Assembly: GCF_963921235.1 (NCBI RefSeq)
Contig: NC_086118.1
Span: 12,836,001 to 12,900,000 of the forward strand
Length of the DNA stretch: 64,000 nucleotides
Reading direction: 5' to 3'
DNA from: Mobula hypostoma
Lineage: Eukaryota
Shown here: piece after piece, positions 1-11,760 of the stretch
Position numbering within the stretch: the first letter of the stretch is position 1
How the letters are laid out: each line of letters opens with the position of its first letter
Translations under genes and position numbers: made by a program
Notes under the pieces: model-generated
Databases searched by the model: none
The model's input: only the letters and a program-made list of their open reading frames with translations
Told to the model about the DNA's origin: nothing

Positions 1-1600
1 ACATTGCACAACCTCCTCCTCCCCCTAGAATTCTAACTTTCCTTATCATTGTATACCCATACACTACAAAGTCTAAAGTTGGTTTCAACCAAGTTTCCTG
101 AATACATACTACATCCAGTTTTACAACCATTTCTTTAATAAAGTGCTTGAATTCCTGGCCATTGGTCAGTAAGCTCCTTGCATTCCATTGTAAAATAATC
201 ACCATAATTAGTATTAACTAACCCATGACACTTCCTGGCTTGACTGATTAGTGAGGTTCTCCCTCACTTCTTCCCATGTCAGTCCCACAAACCCTAAATG
301 GTTCACTGCTGCGTTGACCACCAGCTGAATTTTATCACTTTGCGACTTGACCTCAGCCATACTGTTAATCACTCCTGCAATGAATGTTACTAGATCCTTT
401 TTGTCTACATAAATCCTGTCATTTGTTCTTTGTTGCAACACTCGCATCCCTATTGCTCCCTGTTCATTAGGAGCATTATTCTGTTCTCTTGACATTTTTA
501 CAGCTTCTGCATAAGTGATCTTTCTTTTCACTCTTATTTCTTGAATTTTATTCTCCCATCTCATAACTGACACCCACAATATGCCACATTATGAGCTCCT
601 CCACAATTGCAGCATTTTGGTTGCACTCCTGTTCCGCACTTTCCATATTCATGATCACCCCCACATCTAGCACATCTCCTCTGCCTTTTGCAGTTTTTAG
701 CTATGTGTCCAAACCTTTGACAGTTATAGCACCTCAATGGCTTTGGCACATACACCTTTACTGGGTAACTCATGAAACCCAGGAACACCTTCCTTGGCAC
801 TCTTTCTTCTTCAAATTCAATCATTACTGTTTCACTTTCTTTTTTCATTCTCTCCTTTGGGTTGTTTTCAGCCTTTGAACATTTATTACTTTTTCTCCTT
901 TGATATTCCTCTTTAACTCCTCCATATTTGTACTTATTGGTACCCCTGATATCACTCCTTTACATCCACTGCCATTTCGTGCCTCCACCCTCCTTGAGTA
1001 TCCCACCTTGCATTTTCCTATCTCTTTTAGCTTAAGTGCTTTCTCAAGTTGTTCCTCATTCACACATTTTACCAATAGGTTGCCATGATTACGGACATTT
1101 GCAAATACTATTTCCCCTATCTTATTTGCCAGGGTTGTTGTTAGCACAAATGGGTTAATTTTCTTCATGCGTCCCTGAGCCTTCTCATTAAACTAATTAT
1201 GACAACACCTTGTCTCTGAACTTGTTTTTCTTCCTCACTTTCAGAGATCTCTCCACTGTCATTTCTTATTCTTTCATTCCCTTTGTCTCGGTTTTCAATC
1301 ATCCATCCCCTCACTATCTCCTCATTCCCTTTATTTCTCCCTTCACAATAATCCATTTCTCCCCAGCTGCCCAGATCCCAAATCCCAATCCTGCTCCTTC
1401 TCCACTCTCTTTCCCTCAACCCTGCCTCGCCTTTTCCACCATTACCTGACCCGCGCGACCCCCTACTAGCAATTCCCACTCCTTCCCCACTCTCTTTTCC
1501 TCTTTGGTTCCCATCACAGCAGACTTTCAAACCCCCCCCCCCGCCGCACCGTTCAAGCAATTCAAACAATACTGTTGACACAAAGTAAAAAGATACTCCC
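1..1600 (-). mobile_element. 5' part of an I-clade (Nimb-like) LINE: frameshifted gag-like ORF1 plus start of ORF2; runs off the window
   Basis: ORF pieces 845-1168, 561-848 and 214-579 give PKPLRCYNCQRFGHIAKNC..CARCGGDH..CCNCGGAH (three zinc knuckles). ORF2 starts at ATG 205 (-): MVIILQWNARSL..DVVCIQETWL, an AP-endonuclease N-terminus. Confidence 0.85.
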
Positions 1601-2079
1601 CTCTTCAACAGAGAGCATTCCCACTGTTCCTTTTAAAAACTAATAGAAGACAACTAAGAGTCATTAAGAAGGTAAAGATGGAATACAAAAGTAAGCTAGC
1701 CAATAATATTAAAGATGATACCAAAAGTTTCTTCCGATACATAGTGAAAAGCGAGATGAAAATGTATATCAGACCACAGGAAAGCAATGCTGGGGAGGTA
1801 GCAATGTCGAATAGAAATTAAAAGGTCTGAAGATAGATGTCTTCTGGACCAGATGGTGTACACTCCAAGGTTCTGAAAGATGTGGCTGAAGAGATTGTGG
1901 AGGCATTAGTAGTGATCTTTTAAGAATCACTAGATCCTGAAATAGTTCTGGAAGACTGGAAAATTGCAAATGTCACTCCACTCTTCAAGAAGGAAAGGAG
2001 GCAGAAGAAAGGAAAATATAGGCCAATTAGTCCAACCTCAGTGATTGGGAAAATGTTGGAGTAAATTTCTAAGGATGTG

Positions 2080-2830
2080 TGTCACAACCACGAATTTGGC
2101 AATGCAGCAAATACGGCAAATGCACTCGTGAATATGCACATGTCAGCTAATTATCATTTCATTGTGATAGTATTTAACTTTAAAGAATGCTTTAAGGAAG
2201 TGCAAGATCAGACCCGAGGACCTGGAGGATGTTGCTGCTGACCGTACCACTTGGCGACAGCTGTGTAGGGACGGGGTTCGTATTCTGGAGACGGAAAGAA
2301 CAACCAGAAGACAGCAGAAGAGAGCCAGGAGAAATGCAGCCATGGTTGCCACCACTACCACCACTACCACATATACATGTCCCACCTGCAATAGAGCTTG
2401 TGGGTCCAGGATAGGACTGTATAGTCATCAAAGAACTCACCGTTAAAGGAGTGGACGTCATTATTGGATTTCGATGGACAACCGAAGAAGAAGAATTTAA
2501 CTCCACTTTTTCCTGTCGTAGTGCTTGTCGAGACTTGAACCCAGCACAACAACATTTTGCTGCCTGCTTGCATTTGGCCTTCACTGAAAAATTGGACTGT
2601 TGACTCAACTAACTCTGAAGATTAGTGATAATCATTTTATATTTAGTTATTCCTTTCAGTCGCAGTAAAGGCTTAATTTTCCATTTGAGAGTTTTAGTAA
2701 ATGGCCCTGTTTGGCCTAGTCTTTATTGTTTTCTTTTCCCTCTAACTCTGTTCGTATTAAAGTGTGTGAACTATCGACCCACTTCAGTGTCTCTTGTTCC
2801 ACACTTTGGCCATATCCAAACCTCGTGACA
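2080..2830. mobile_element. Solo LTR (751 bp) inserted in CR1
   Basis: Termini TGTCAC...GTGACA; flanked by ATGTG (2075-2079) and ACGTG (2831-2835), a 5-bp TSD with one change; CR1 sequence resumes across it. Confidence 0.8.
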
Positions 2831-3933
2831 ACGTGGTTTTGGGGCACATGAAGAAATGAGTCTTAGTTAGCATGGTTTCCTCAAGGGAAAATCTTGCCTG
2901 AAAATCTGTTGGAATCAATTAAAGAAATAGCAAGCAGGATAGACAAAGGAGAAGCAGCTGAATTTGCATACTTGGATTTTCAAAAGGCCTTAAACAAAGT
3001 GCCACACATGAGGCTGCTTAACAAGCTATGAGACCATAGTATTACAGGAAAGATTCTAGCGTGGATGAAGCAGTGGCTGATTAGCAGGAGGGAAAGAGAG
3101 GGAATAACAGGAGCCTTTTCTGGTTGGCTGCTAGTGACTAGTGTTCCACAGGCGTCTATGTTGCAACCGATTATTTTTACATTACATGCCAATGATTTGG
3201 ATGATGTAATCAATGGCCTTATTGCAAAGTTTGCAGAAGATGTGAAGATAGGTGCAGAGGCAGGTAGTTTTGAGGAAGTAGAGAGCCTATAGAAGGACTT
3301 AGACATATTAGGAGAATGGGCAAAATGTTTCAGATGGAATACAGCGTCGGAAAGTATATGGTCATGTACTTTGGTAGAAGAAATGAAAGGGTTGACTGTT
3401 CTGTAAGTAGAGGGAAAACACAAAAACTGAGGCACAAATGAACTTAGGAGTCCTGGTGCAGGATTCGCTAAAGGTTAATTTGCAGGTTGAGTCTATGATT
3501 AGGAAGGCCAATGTGATGTTAGCATTCATTTCAAGATGAATAGAATATAAAAACAAGGATGTAATGTCGAGCCTTTATAAAGCACTGGTGAGGCCTCACT
3601 TTGGAGTATTGTGAGTAGTTTTAGGCCCCTTATCTTAAAAAGGATATGCTGAAACTGGGGAGTGTTCAAAAGAGGTTCACGAAAATGATTCCAGGATTGA
3701 ACGGCTTGTCTTATGAAGAGCATCTGATGACTCTGGGCCTGTTTTCATTAGAATTCATAAGAACAAGGGGGACCTAATTGAAACCTATTGAATGGTGACA
3801 GGCCTTGATAGAGTGGATGTGGAGAGGGCGTTTCCTGCAGAGGGAGATTCTAAGACCAGAGGACAGGACGCTGCCTCAGAATAGATGGGTTTCCTATAAG
3901 AACAGAGATGAGGAGGAACTTCTTCAGCCAGAT

Positions 3934-4745
3934 TTCAAAGGTTCAAAGGTACATTTAATGTCAGAGAAATGTATACAATATACATCCTGAAATTCTTTTT
4001 CTTCACAACCATCCACAAAAACAGAGGAGTGCCCCCAAAGAATGAACGGCAGTTAAATATTAGAACCCCAAAGTCGCCCCCCAACTCCTCTCCTTTTGCG
4101 GCAGCAAAGCAACAATCCCCCCTCCCCCCACTGACAAAAAGGCATCGGCACCCGCCACCGAGCACTCAAGCGTGAGGAAGGCAACAGCAAAGACACAGAC
4201 TTGCAGTGCTCCAAAGACTACATTATTCACCCGGTATTCCACATACCACAGGCTCTCTCTCTCTCTAATAAGGGAGAATGAGGTGTTTCAGTTTCACAGT
4301 GAGAGAGGAGACATAACAAACAACTCGCTGGTTTACGACGTTAAAAGTCCATTGCATCACTCTTTCTGAGCTCTATGCCCAAAGATCTCGGGTCTCTGGG
4401 CACACAGCCTTTGATCTTCCATCTCCCATGACACACCAGTCTTCTGCTTGGACACCGACTTCCAATCCCCACATCTTCAGAGCCCTGAAAACTTGGTCCT
4501 CTGAAGGCAAGGGGAGTTCTCAGGCCATGCTCTTGGTGTGTCGAACAACGGCTTTGTTGTGAAACCCCAGAAGAGCGGGTCCCATTCCTGCAAAGAACCA
4601 TAGTCAGCGTGTAACTCCAGGTCAGGGTCTTCAAAAGAATGCTGAAAGGGAAAAATAGAGAAAATAGAGATATTAAATTTGGAAATAGAGTTCTTTCTGA
4701 AGATGCATGCAAAGGAGTCACCTGTAGGCACCATTATCCCTCCTA
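3934..4745 (-). mobile_element. Non-autonomous retroposon with (CTTTGAA)n-type tail, inserted in CR1
   Basis: Minus-strand 3' end ...aaatgtacctttgaacctttgaa; similar 3' ends at ~13060-13180 (+), ~37650-37758 (+) and 22355-22475 (-). Confidence 0.55.
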
Positions 4746-4899
4746 AGGTAATGGAGAATCTGTGGAATTCTTTGCTCCTAGCATCTGTGGAGGCTAAATA
4801 TTTATGTATATTTAAGGCAGAGGTTGATAGATTCTTGATTGGTCAGAGAATGAAGAGATATAGTGGACAGCAGTGCAAATGTAGTAGAAGCGTTCCTGT

Positions 4900-6520
4900 G
4901 CAGGTGAAGGGTGGACCTTGAGAAAGAAGCCAGTTTTCAGCAGGAGTCTTTGATTAGATGATGGCACAGACACAGAAGAAGCATTCTCGCGCAAGTCTGG
5001 AGCAGAGCTTGAAAAGTCCAGTCTCCATAAAAGAGAGGCACCAACTAGCGGAGCAGTCATCGTGGAAGTGGTCTGAGTCAGATTAGTAAGGATTATCTCA
5101 ACAGATGGAGGCAAGGTAAGTAGGTAAGTTTATTTCTTATTTCTTTTTCTGATTTATCTTTTAAAAAGAATAGGAAGTATGTCTCCAGGGCCAGTGTTCT
5201 GTTCTGAGTGTCAGATGTGGAATTTCCACCAGACTCCCACTGGCCACATCTGCACCAGTTTCATCGAGATGCAGTCCCTTAGAGACCATGTTATGGAACT
5301 GGAGCTGCAGCTCGATGACCTTCGGTTTGGTAGGAAAATTGAGGAAACGATAGACAGGAGCTATAGGGAGGTAGTCACCCAAAGGCTCCAAGAAACAGAT
5401 AAATGGGTGGCTGTCAGGAGAGGAAAGGCAAAACATCAGATAGTGGAGAGCACCCCTCTTCCATTTTGGCTACTGTTAGGGGTGATGACCTAACTAGGGT
5501 AAGCAAGAGCAGCTGAGCATCTGGCACTGAACGTTGCCCTGTGGCTCAGAGGGGTAGGAAACTGAAGAGGATGGCGGATGTAATAGGTGACTCTATAGTT
5601 AGGGGGACAGATAGGTGATTTGGTGGATGCAAAAAAGAAACATGCATGGTTGCTTGCCACCCAGGTGCAAGGGTCTGGGATGCTGCTGAACACGTCCACA
5701 ATATCCTGAAAAAGGAAGGTCTACAATATCTTGGAAAAAGAAGGTGAGCAGCCAGATGTCATGGTAGATATTGGTAACAATGATATAGCTAGGAAAAAGG
5801 ATGAGGTCCTGAAAAGAGAATACAGGGACTTAAGAAGGAAGCTGAATAGCAGGACCTCAAGAGTAGTAATCGTTGAATTGCTGACTGTGCCATGCAACAG
5901 TTTAGATAAGAAATAGAATTAGGTGTCAGATAAAAGCGTGGCTGAAGAATTGGAGTAAGGGACAGGGTTTCTGATTTCTGGATCATTGGAACCTCTTCTG
6001 CGGCAGGTATGACCTGAACAAAAGGGGTGGGTTACACTTGAATCCAAGGGGAACCAATATCCTTGTGGGTAGTTTTGATAGAGCTATTGGGAGTGGTTTA
6101 AACTAATATAGCAGAGGGATGGGAACCAGTATGATAGAGCTGAGGATGAGCCAGCAGGTTGACAAGTAGATGATGGGTGTAATGTGAATGTAAGGAAGAA
6201 CAAGCCTATTACTGGGTATAAATACAGGCAGTGCAAGGAACTAAGTTGTACCACAGAGACAAAATTCAAAAGGGCGAAGAATGCAGGACTGAAGGTGCTG
6301 TATTTACATGCATGTAGTATTCAGAATATGGTGGATGAACTGGTGGTGCAATTAGAGATTGGTCAATATGACATTGTGGGCATCACTGAGTCATAGTTGA
6401 AAGAGGGTCATAGTTGGGAGCTTAATATCAAAGGATATGCTTTATATCAAAAGGACAGACAGGAAGGCATAGGCAGTGGTGTGGCTCTGTTGGTAAGAGA
6501 TGGAACAACATTTTTAGAAA
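4900..6520 (+). mobile_element. CR1 LINE 5' part: 5'UTR, ORF1 (SGNH esterase-like) and start of ORF2 endonuclease, degraded
   Basis: CSECQMW...C...QSLRDHVMELELQLDDLR; IGDSIVRGTDR; PDVMVDIGNNDI; LKVLYLHACSIQNMVDEL...YDIVGITES. Confidence 0.85.
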
Positions 6521-7044
6521 GAGCCAGCTGCAGCTGTCGTTGATGCTAAAGGGACAATGTTACAGCTGTGCAGTGCTTTCTTACCTCGTGTAACTGGTCG
6601 CCATGCTCTTTGTAAGAAAAATCTACTTCTGTAGGTGCTAGTGGGCTCTAGGTATCAAAAGGAGGTAGTGAATTGGAATCACACACTTCTGGAGGTAAGT
6701 TTTGTTTATAAAATAGCAATATATACAAAATGTTTGCATGAGTAAGCACAATTCAAATTTCCAGCATTCTGTTTTAGATTCCAAATTTCACATATCTATG
6801 AAAACCAAATTCCGTCTTAGTTAGAATCAGAGAGATTCATTAGAATAACCTTCATCGCTCCAAATTCTCTAACTAATTGGATCTAGTGTTATTCTCTATA
6901 TAAAGGTTTACAGAATAATATTTGCCTTTTTCTTTATCCTTGTCCCTAAGTTAGTTAGGAAACTTATTGGATTGTGGTTAACCTCAGTTTCAGTTTCAGG
7001 TCTGTATGTCTCCAAATTCAGGTTCAACCCCCAAAAAAGGCTTC

Positions 7045-7403
7045 AAACAAGAGAAAATCTGCAGATGCTGGAAATTCGAGAAACACCCATAAAATTCTGG
7101 AGGAACTCAGAAGGCCAGGCAGCATCTACAGAAAAAAGTATGGCCCATGTTTCGGGCCAAGACCCTTCGGCAGGACTGGAGAAAAAACGCTAAGGAGTAG
7201 AATTAAATGGTGAGGGAGGGGTGAGGTGATAGGTGAAACCTGAAGGGGGAGCGACGAAGTAAAGAGCTGGGAAGTTGATTGGTGAAAGAGTAACAGGGCT
7301 AGAGAAGGGAAAATCTGATAGAAACAGGCAGAAAGTCATTGAAGAAATAAAAGGGGGGAGGAAATCCAGAGGGAGGCAATGGGCAGGCAAGGAGATAAGG
7401 GGG
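7045..7403 (-). mobile_element. PLE pLTR / 3'-end fragment with a degenerate hammerhead motif
   Basis: Minus strand reads cagtcctgccgaagggtcttggcccgaaacatgg...ttccagcatctgcagattttctc, homologous to the 3' end of the PLE at 34197-34326. Confidence 0.8.
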
Positions 7404-8219
7404 TGCATACAGCTTAACTCCTTTCGCGACAAGTTCTCCAACATCTTAATGTTTAAACAAAATAAATCTCATTCAGTCACTTATCAAAGTCCTTGCAAAA
7501 ATAATCAGATCTTCCAGAAAAATCAAAGTCAGATCCTCTGAATGAGAAATAAACTTATACATCTATGCCTCGAAACATTGTGTTCCCATGCTGCTTCTTT
7601 GAATTGGGTGGCTCGCCATCTTGTTTCTGAGTTCATTCGATGAAGCGGTGGGTCATCCACAGAAAGTCGATTTACAATACTGACACCAGAAAACTGACCT
7701 GTATGCAATAGGAAACAATCTGTAAATTCTTACGCGTTCTATTTTCAATTTCAAAATAACTCAATATGATATTGTCATTTCCAAACATTTCTCAGTTACA
7801 ACACTACTGAATATACTTCACACACAAATTATACACTCGGAGCAGTAAAAGTGTTTTGACTCACCAAATCCCCTGCTGTGTTTTAACAGCACTAATTCCC
7901 AGTTACACGGTAGAGATCTTGAACTTTCAGACTTTGCTAGTGATCGTTACAGCTGTAGCTGCAATAAATCTTTTATACTATTGATTCTCCTCCCGGGGTT
8001 TCACCCCGAGGATTTCCAGTAAGCAGGGTAGAGATACGAACTAGTAACTCCACTTTTAACAGTTTATGTCTTCCGATAGTTTCTACGGTTTACTGCAATT
8101 CTGAAGGTTGCCCACACCTGCGTCAGCCATGCCTCATTCTCACATAACTGTTTTATTCAAGTTCTTTTTTAAAATTTCAGTAAACCTCATTTTCATGCCT
8201 CCACAAGTGGAGCTTTCAA

Positions 8220-11200
8220 ACATTACATCTTTGGGTTTAACGAACCTGGGTTAAAATGACCTCTGGTCACCTGATTGGCCGGTCCACCCTCATAAAAACA
8301 GTTCATCTCCAGTTTGCAGGCACAACGGGGTGGGGGTGACTGAGACTTCACAGAGGAGAGAAACTCCAGCTTCCCTGAACCTAATGTCAGCCAACCGCAT
8401 GCCTGTGACTGCTGTTTGATTAGCCTGAACATCTGGGTCAGTAACTTGGTCAGCTCCCATGCCAGCATAGACAACCCCTATGTGCATGGCCTCAATGGCT
8501 GGCCGTGAGAGGCAATCAGCCACAGCACTATTTTTTCTGCTTGATATCCGTTGTGAACGCAGACCGGTAGACCAGGTGGTGTAGCTGCCGTGTACACCAA
8601 GGCTCTGATATTTGGCCATGCACGAGGGGTTGTGGTCAATGAATGCTGTGAATGGCAACCCTCAGAAAAATATCAAAATGACGGACAGACAGATAGAGAC
8701 CAAGAAGCTCATGGTCAAACGTGCTGTATTTTCTTTTGAGTGGGCTGAAGAAGGCGTGCAGCTGCCACATGCCTCTGACAAATTGTTCATGCACAGCACC
8801 CACAGCATAGTCTAAGGCGTCAGTGCTAATGGCTATGGCTGCGTTGGGGAGTGTGTGTGCCAGTAGAGTCGCATTAGAAAGAGCTCATTTGGTATCATCA
8901 AATAACCTGGTCACGTTCGCTGACTAGTCAAGCATGTAATTCGGAATATTGCCTTTAAGCGCACTATATAGAAGGAGCATAAGTTCAGAAGCTTGTGCAA
9001 TGAAGAGGTAATAGAAATTTACCATACTTAAAAACTCCTGTAGTTTTTTTGTAGTGCAGGGTGGTCAGAAATTCATAACACTGGCTACTTTTGATGGGAG
9101 GGGCTTTGCACCTTCTGCAGAGATGTGATGGCCAAGAAAGTCAATGGTTGACAACCCAGACTGGTATTTAGCAGGGTTAATAATCAACCCGCTTTGGCTT
9201 AAGCACTCAAAGTATGTGGTGATGAGATATGTGTTCAGATTTGGACGGACTGACAACTAGTATATCATCCAGGTAAACAAAAAGTAAATCTGAGTGTTTT
9301 AATGCAGAGTCCATCAGCCATTGGAAAATCTGTGCTGCATTTTCCAGCCCAAATGGCATATGTAAAAACTAAAAGAGGCCAAACGGGGTTATCACAGCCA
9401 TTCTGGGAATGTTCTCTGAGCACACAGTACAGATCAACCCTGGAAAAAATTAGCTTACCAGTTAAATGTGCTGAAAAGTCTTGGATGTGTGGGACTGGAT
9501 AACGATCAAGGGTGGTGGCCTCATAAGGCATTGGTAATCTCCACATGGGCGGCAACCACTGTTGGACCTTGAGACCATATGGAGGGGCGAAGCCCAGGGA
9601 CAATTCAGCCAGCATACAATGTCAAGTCTTTCATTGGTGGCAAATTCAGCCTTTGTGTTTGACAGCTTTTCTGGGTCCAGTCTATGCGTACAAGCATGGA
9701 CTGGCAGGCCAGTTGTGGGAATGTGGTGCTCGGCCTCATGTTTTGTGGCTGTAGTGCGGAATATGAGGTTTGGGAATTCACCCAGCAGTCGAGTAAACTC
9801 TCATGTAGTGCTTGATAGAGTCATTGTGGGGAACTTACTGGAGGACCTGGATAACAACCCAAAGTCCTTGACATCCACAAACCAGCAGTTGTTTGGATCG
9901 ATTAACAGCCCCTAAGCACACAGGAAATCGGCACCAAGCAGAGGTCTAGCCACTTTAGTCAGGACAAAGTCCCATGTGTAACATCGCCCACTTTTTTTAC
10001 ATAACTATAAAAGTTTATTTACACAAAAATTACTCAAAGTACAAACATTAAATATTTACAAGACAGTGAATAAGTCCAAATTAAGACATGATTATTACTG
10101 TCTATAAAACAGTCAATCCTTGGGGGGGGGGCCACCACTCCTGGAAATCCCCCAATGTACCCTTTGTGATTCCATGCTCCCTCTCCAAGGACAGCTGGGC
10201 ATGAACAAATCCTAAAAAGAGGGGCAGGCAGTTGATTTTGGCAGAGCCCTCGACTTTCTGAGGCCTAGTCCTGTGAATGGCCATCTTGACCAGGCCCGGT
10301 AGCATGCCCACAGAAGCAGAGTGTTACTTATCGTGTCCCATAAGTCTGGATCTTGCTGCAGTTGGTGGCCTCTAGTGAGGTTTCGTCAGTGTTTGCCTTC
10401 TCATTAATAGGCGATGCTGGCAGCACATTCACTTGAGCACCCATGTCACAAAGGAAGTGTCGCCCTGAAAGGGTGTCTGTAATGAACAGTTGACGACTGT
10501 GGCAGCTGAAACACCTCTGATGTTCTGTTGCATTGGCACTGTCAAAGCTGCAAGGTGGTTGGCACTTCCTAGTGTTCATACCAAAGCAAGCGTGGTAAAC
10601 ACACAGGCTAGGCACCGTCTGTTCCACAGCCATGGGTACCCTTATGTTGGGAGCTTTGCTGAATGGGCTTACTGAGGCAGGAAAAAGAGGAGGAATTATG
10701 CATCTCTGCCTGGCTGACTGTAGACTATCAGCCATTTTAGCAAGCTCTCTATAGTCCTCATGATGCTATGCAAACTTGATCAGGCATTTGCTGCATGGAG
10801 AGATCTTTAAAAATTAAGCAAGGATGGTGATTTTCCAGGAGGAACACCAAGTGTTGCATTAGCTCTGAAGGTCTAGCATCGCCAAGACCAGGCAAGAAGG
10901 GCAGCTGTTTGGCATGCTCAGACTCTGATAGTCCAAAAGTCTGTAAAAGGTGAGTTTTCAGCAATTTATATTCATCGTGTTCAGGCGGGTGTTCAAGCAG
11001 ACTCACCACTCTCACAGACATGGAGTTACTGAGTGATGCTACCACATAGTAGAATTTGGTGTTGACGGAGGTGATTTCTTGAAGAACAACTGGGCCTCAC
11101 CTTGTACAGCTCAAGTGATGACATTTAGCTCCCAAAACTCCAGCAGTTTCAAAGCAACTGTGTTGGCTGACATGTTCAATAGCTCTGGAATCATCCTAGA

Positions 11201-11429
11201 GCATCAGGGTCACCAATGTATACTTTCACAAATGAAATGAAGTGACGTGCTTTATTTTTAATGAAACCTGTAACACATTTTATTGATCTCCAAAACTTAA
11301 ACACAAAAACTTACTAAAAATCTTTACGTAATAGTGTCATTAAGTTAAAACAACCTCTTTAAGTGAAACCCCAACTCAATGTCAGTGATTGTAAATTATG
11401 TGCATTTCTCCCAGTTATGCTTCCGCACA
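8220..11429 (-). mobile_element. Ty3/Gypsy LTR retrotransposon: 5' LTR plus gag-pro-RT-RNaseH, 3'-truncated and degraded
   Basis: LTR 11217-11429 (TGT..ACA); PBS TGGTGACCC at 11207-11215; gag start MSANTVALKLLEFW; protease LFITDTLSGRHFLCDMGAQVNVLP; RT DRYPVPHIQDFSAHL; RNase H FTAFIDHNP..NSAVADCLSR. Confidence 0.9.
9992..10305 (-). mobile_element. 3' end of an L1/Tx1-like LINE inserted in Gypsy pol
   Basis: GLVKMAIHR..CLPLFLGFVHAQLSLEREH..FQEWW C-terminus, AATAAA and A-tail on the minus strand; GCCCAC on both flanks. Confidence 0.7.
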
Positions 11430-11449
11430 CTGGAAATTGTTGTTTCCAC

Positions 11450-11760
11450 TATGCTAATGTGCTGCCCCACCTTGTACCCTCTTCAGTTTAGTGACACTAT
11501 TTCTATATCAGGGTGACCAGAACTGTACTCAGTATTGCAGATAAGACCTTAGCAACATATTGTACACATGTAACATGATCTCCCAATTCCTGCTCTCAGT
11601 ATTCTGACTGAAGAGCAATGCTCAATGTGTTCTTCAGCACCCAGTCTACCTGGGTCACCTCTTTCAAGGAGGTATTTACATGCACCACTGGGCACCGGGC
11701 TTCTTTGTTCTACAACATTTCCCAGGGACCTACCATTTGCTGTGTGAATCTATCAGTGAA
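11450..11760 (-). mobile_element. CR1 fragment
   Basis: ggtgaccagaactgtactcagtattgcag matches the LEYCVQFWSP region on the minus strand. Confidence 0.6.

Larger units (their letters stand above)
1610..4870 (+). mobile_element. Degraded CR1 LINE, RT/3' half, interrupted by a solo LTR and a non-autonomous repeat
   Basis: RT remnants WLLVTSVPQASMLQPIIF..NDLD..IAKFAED (3065-3292) and typical CR1 downstream sequence; many stops and frameshifts. Confidence 0.85.
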
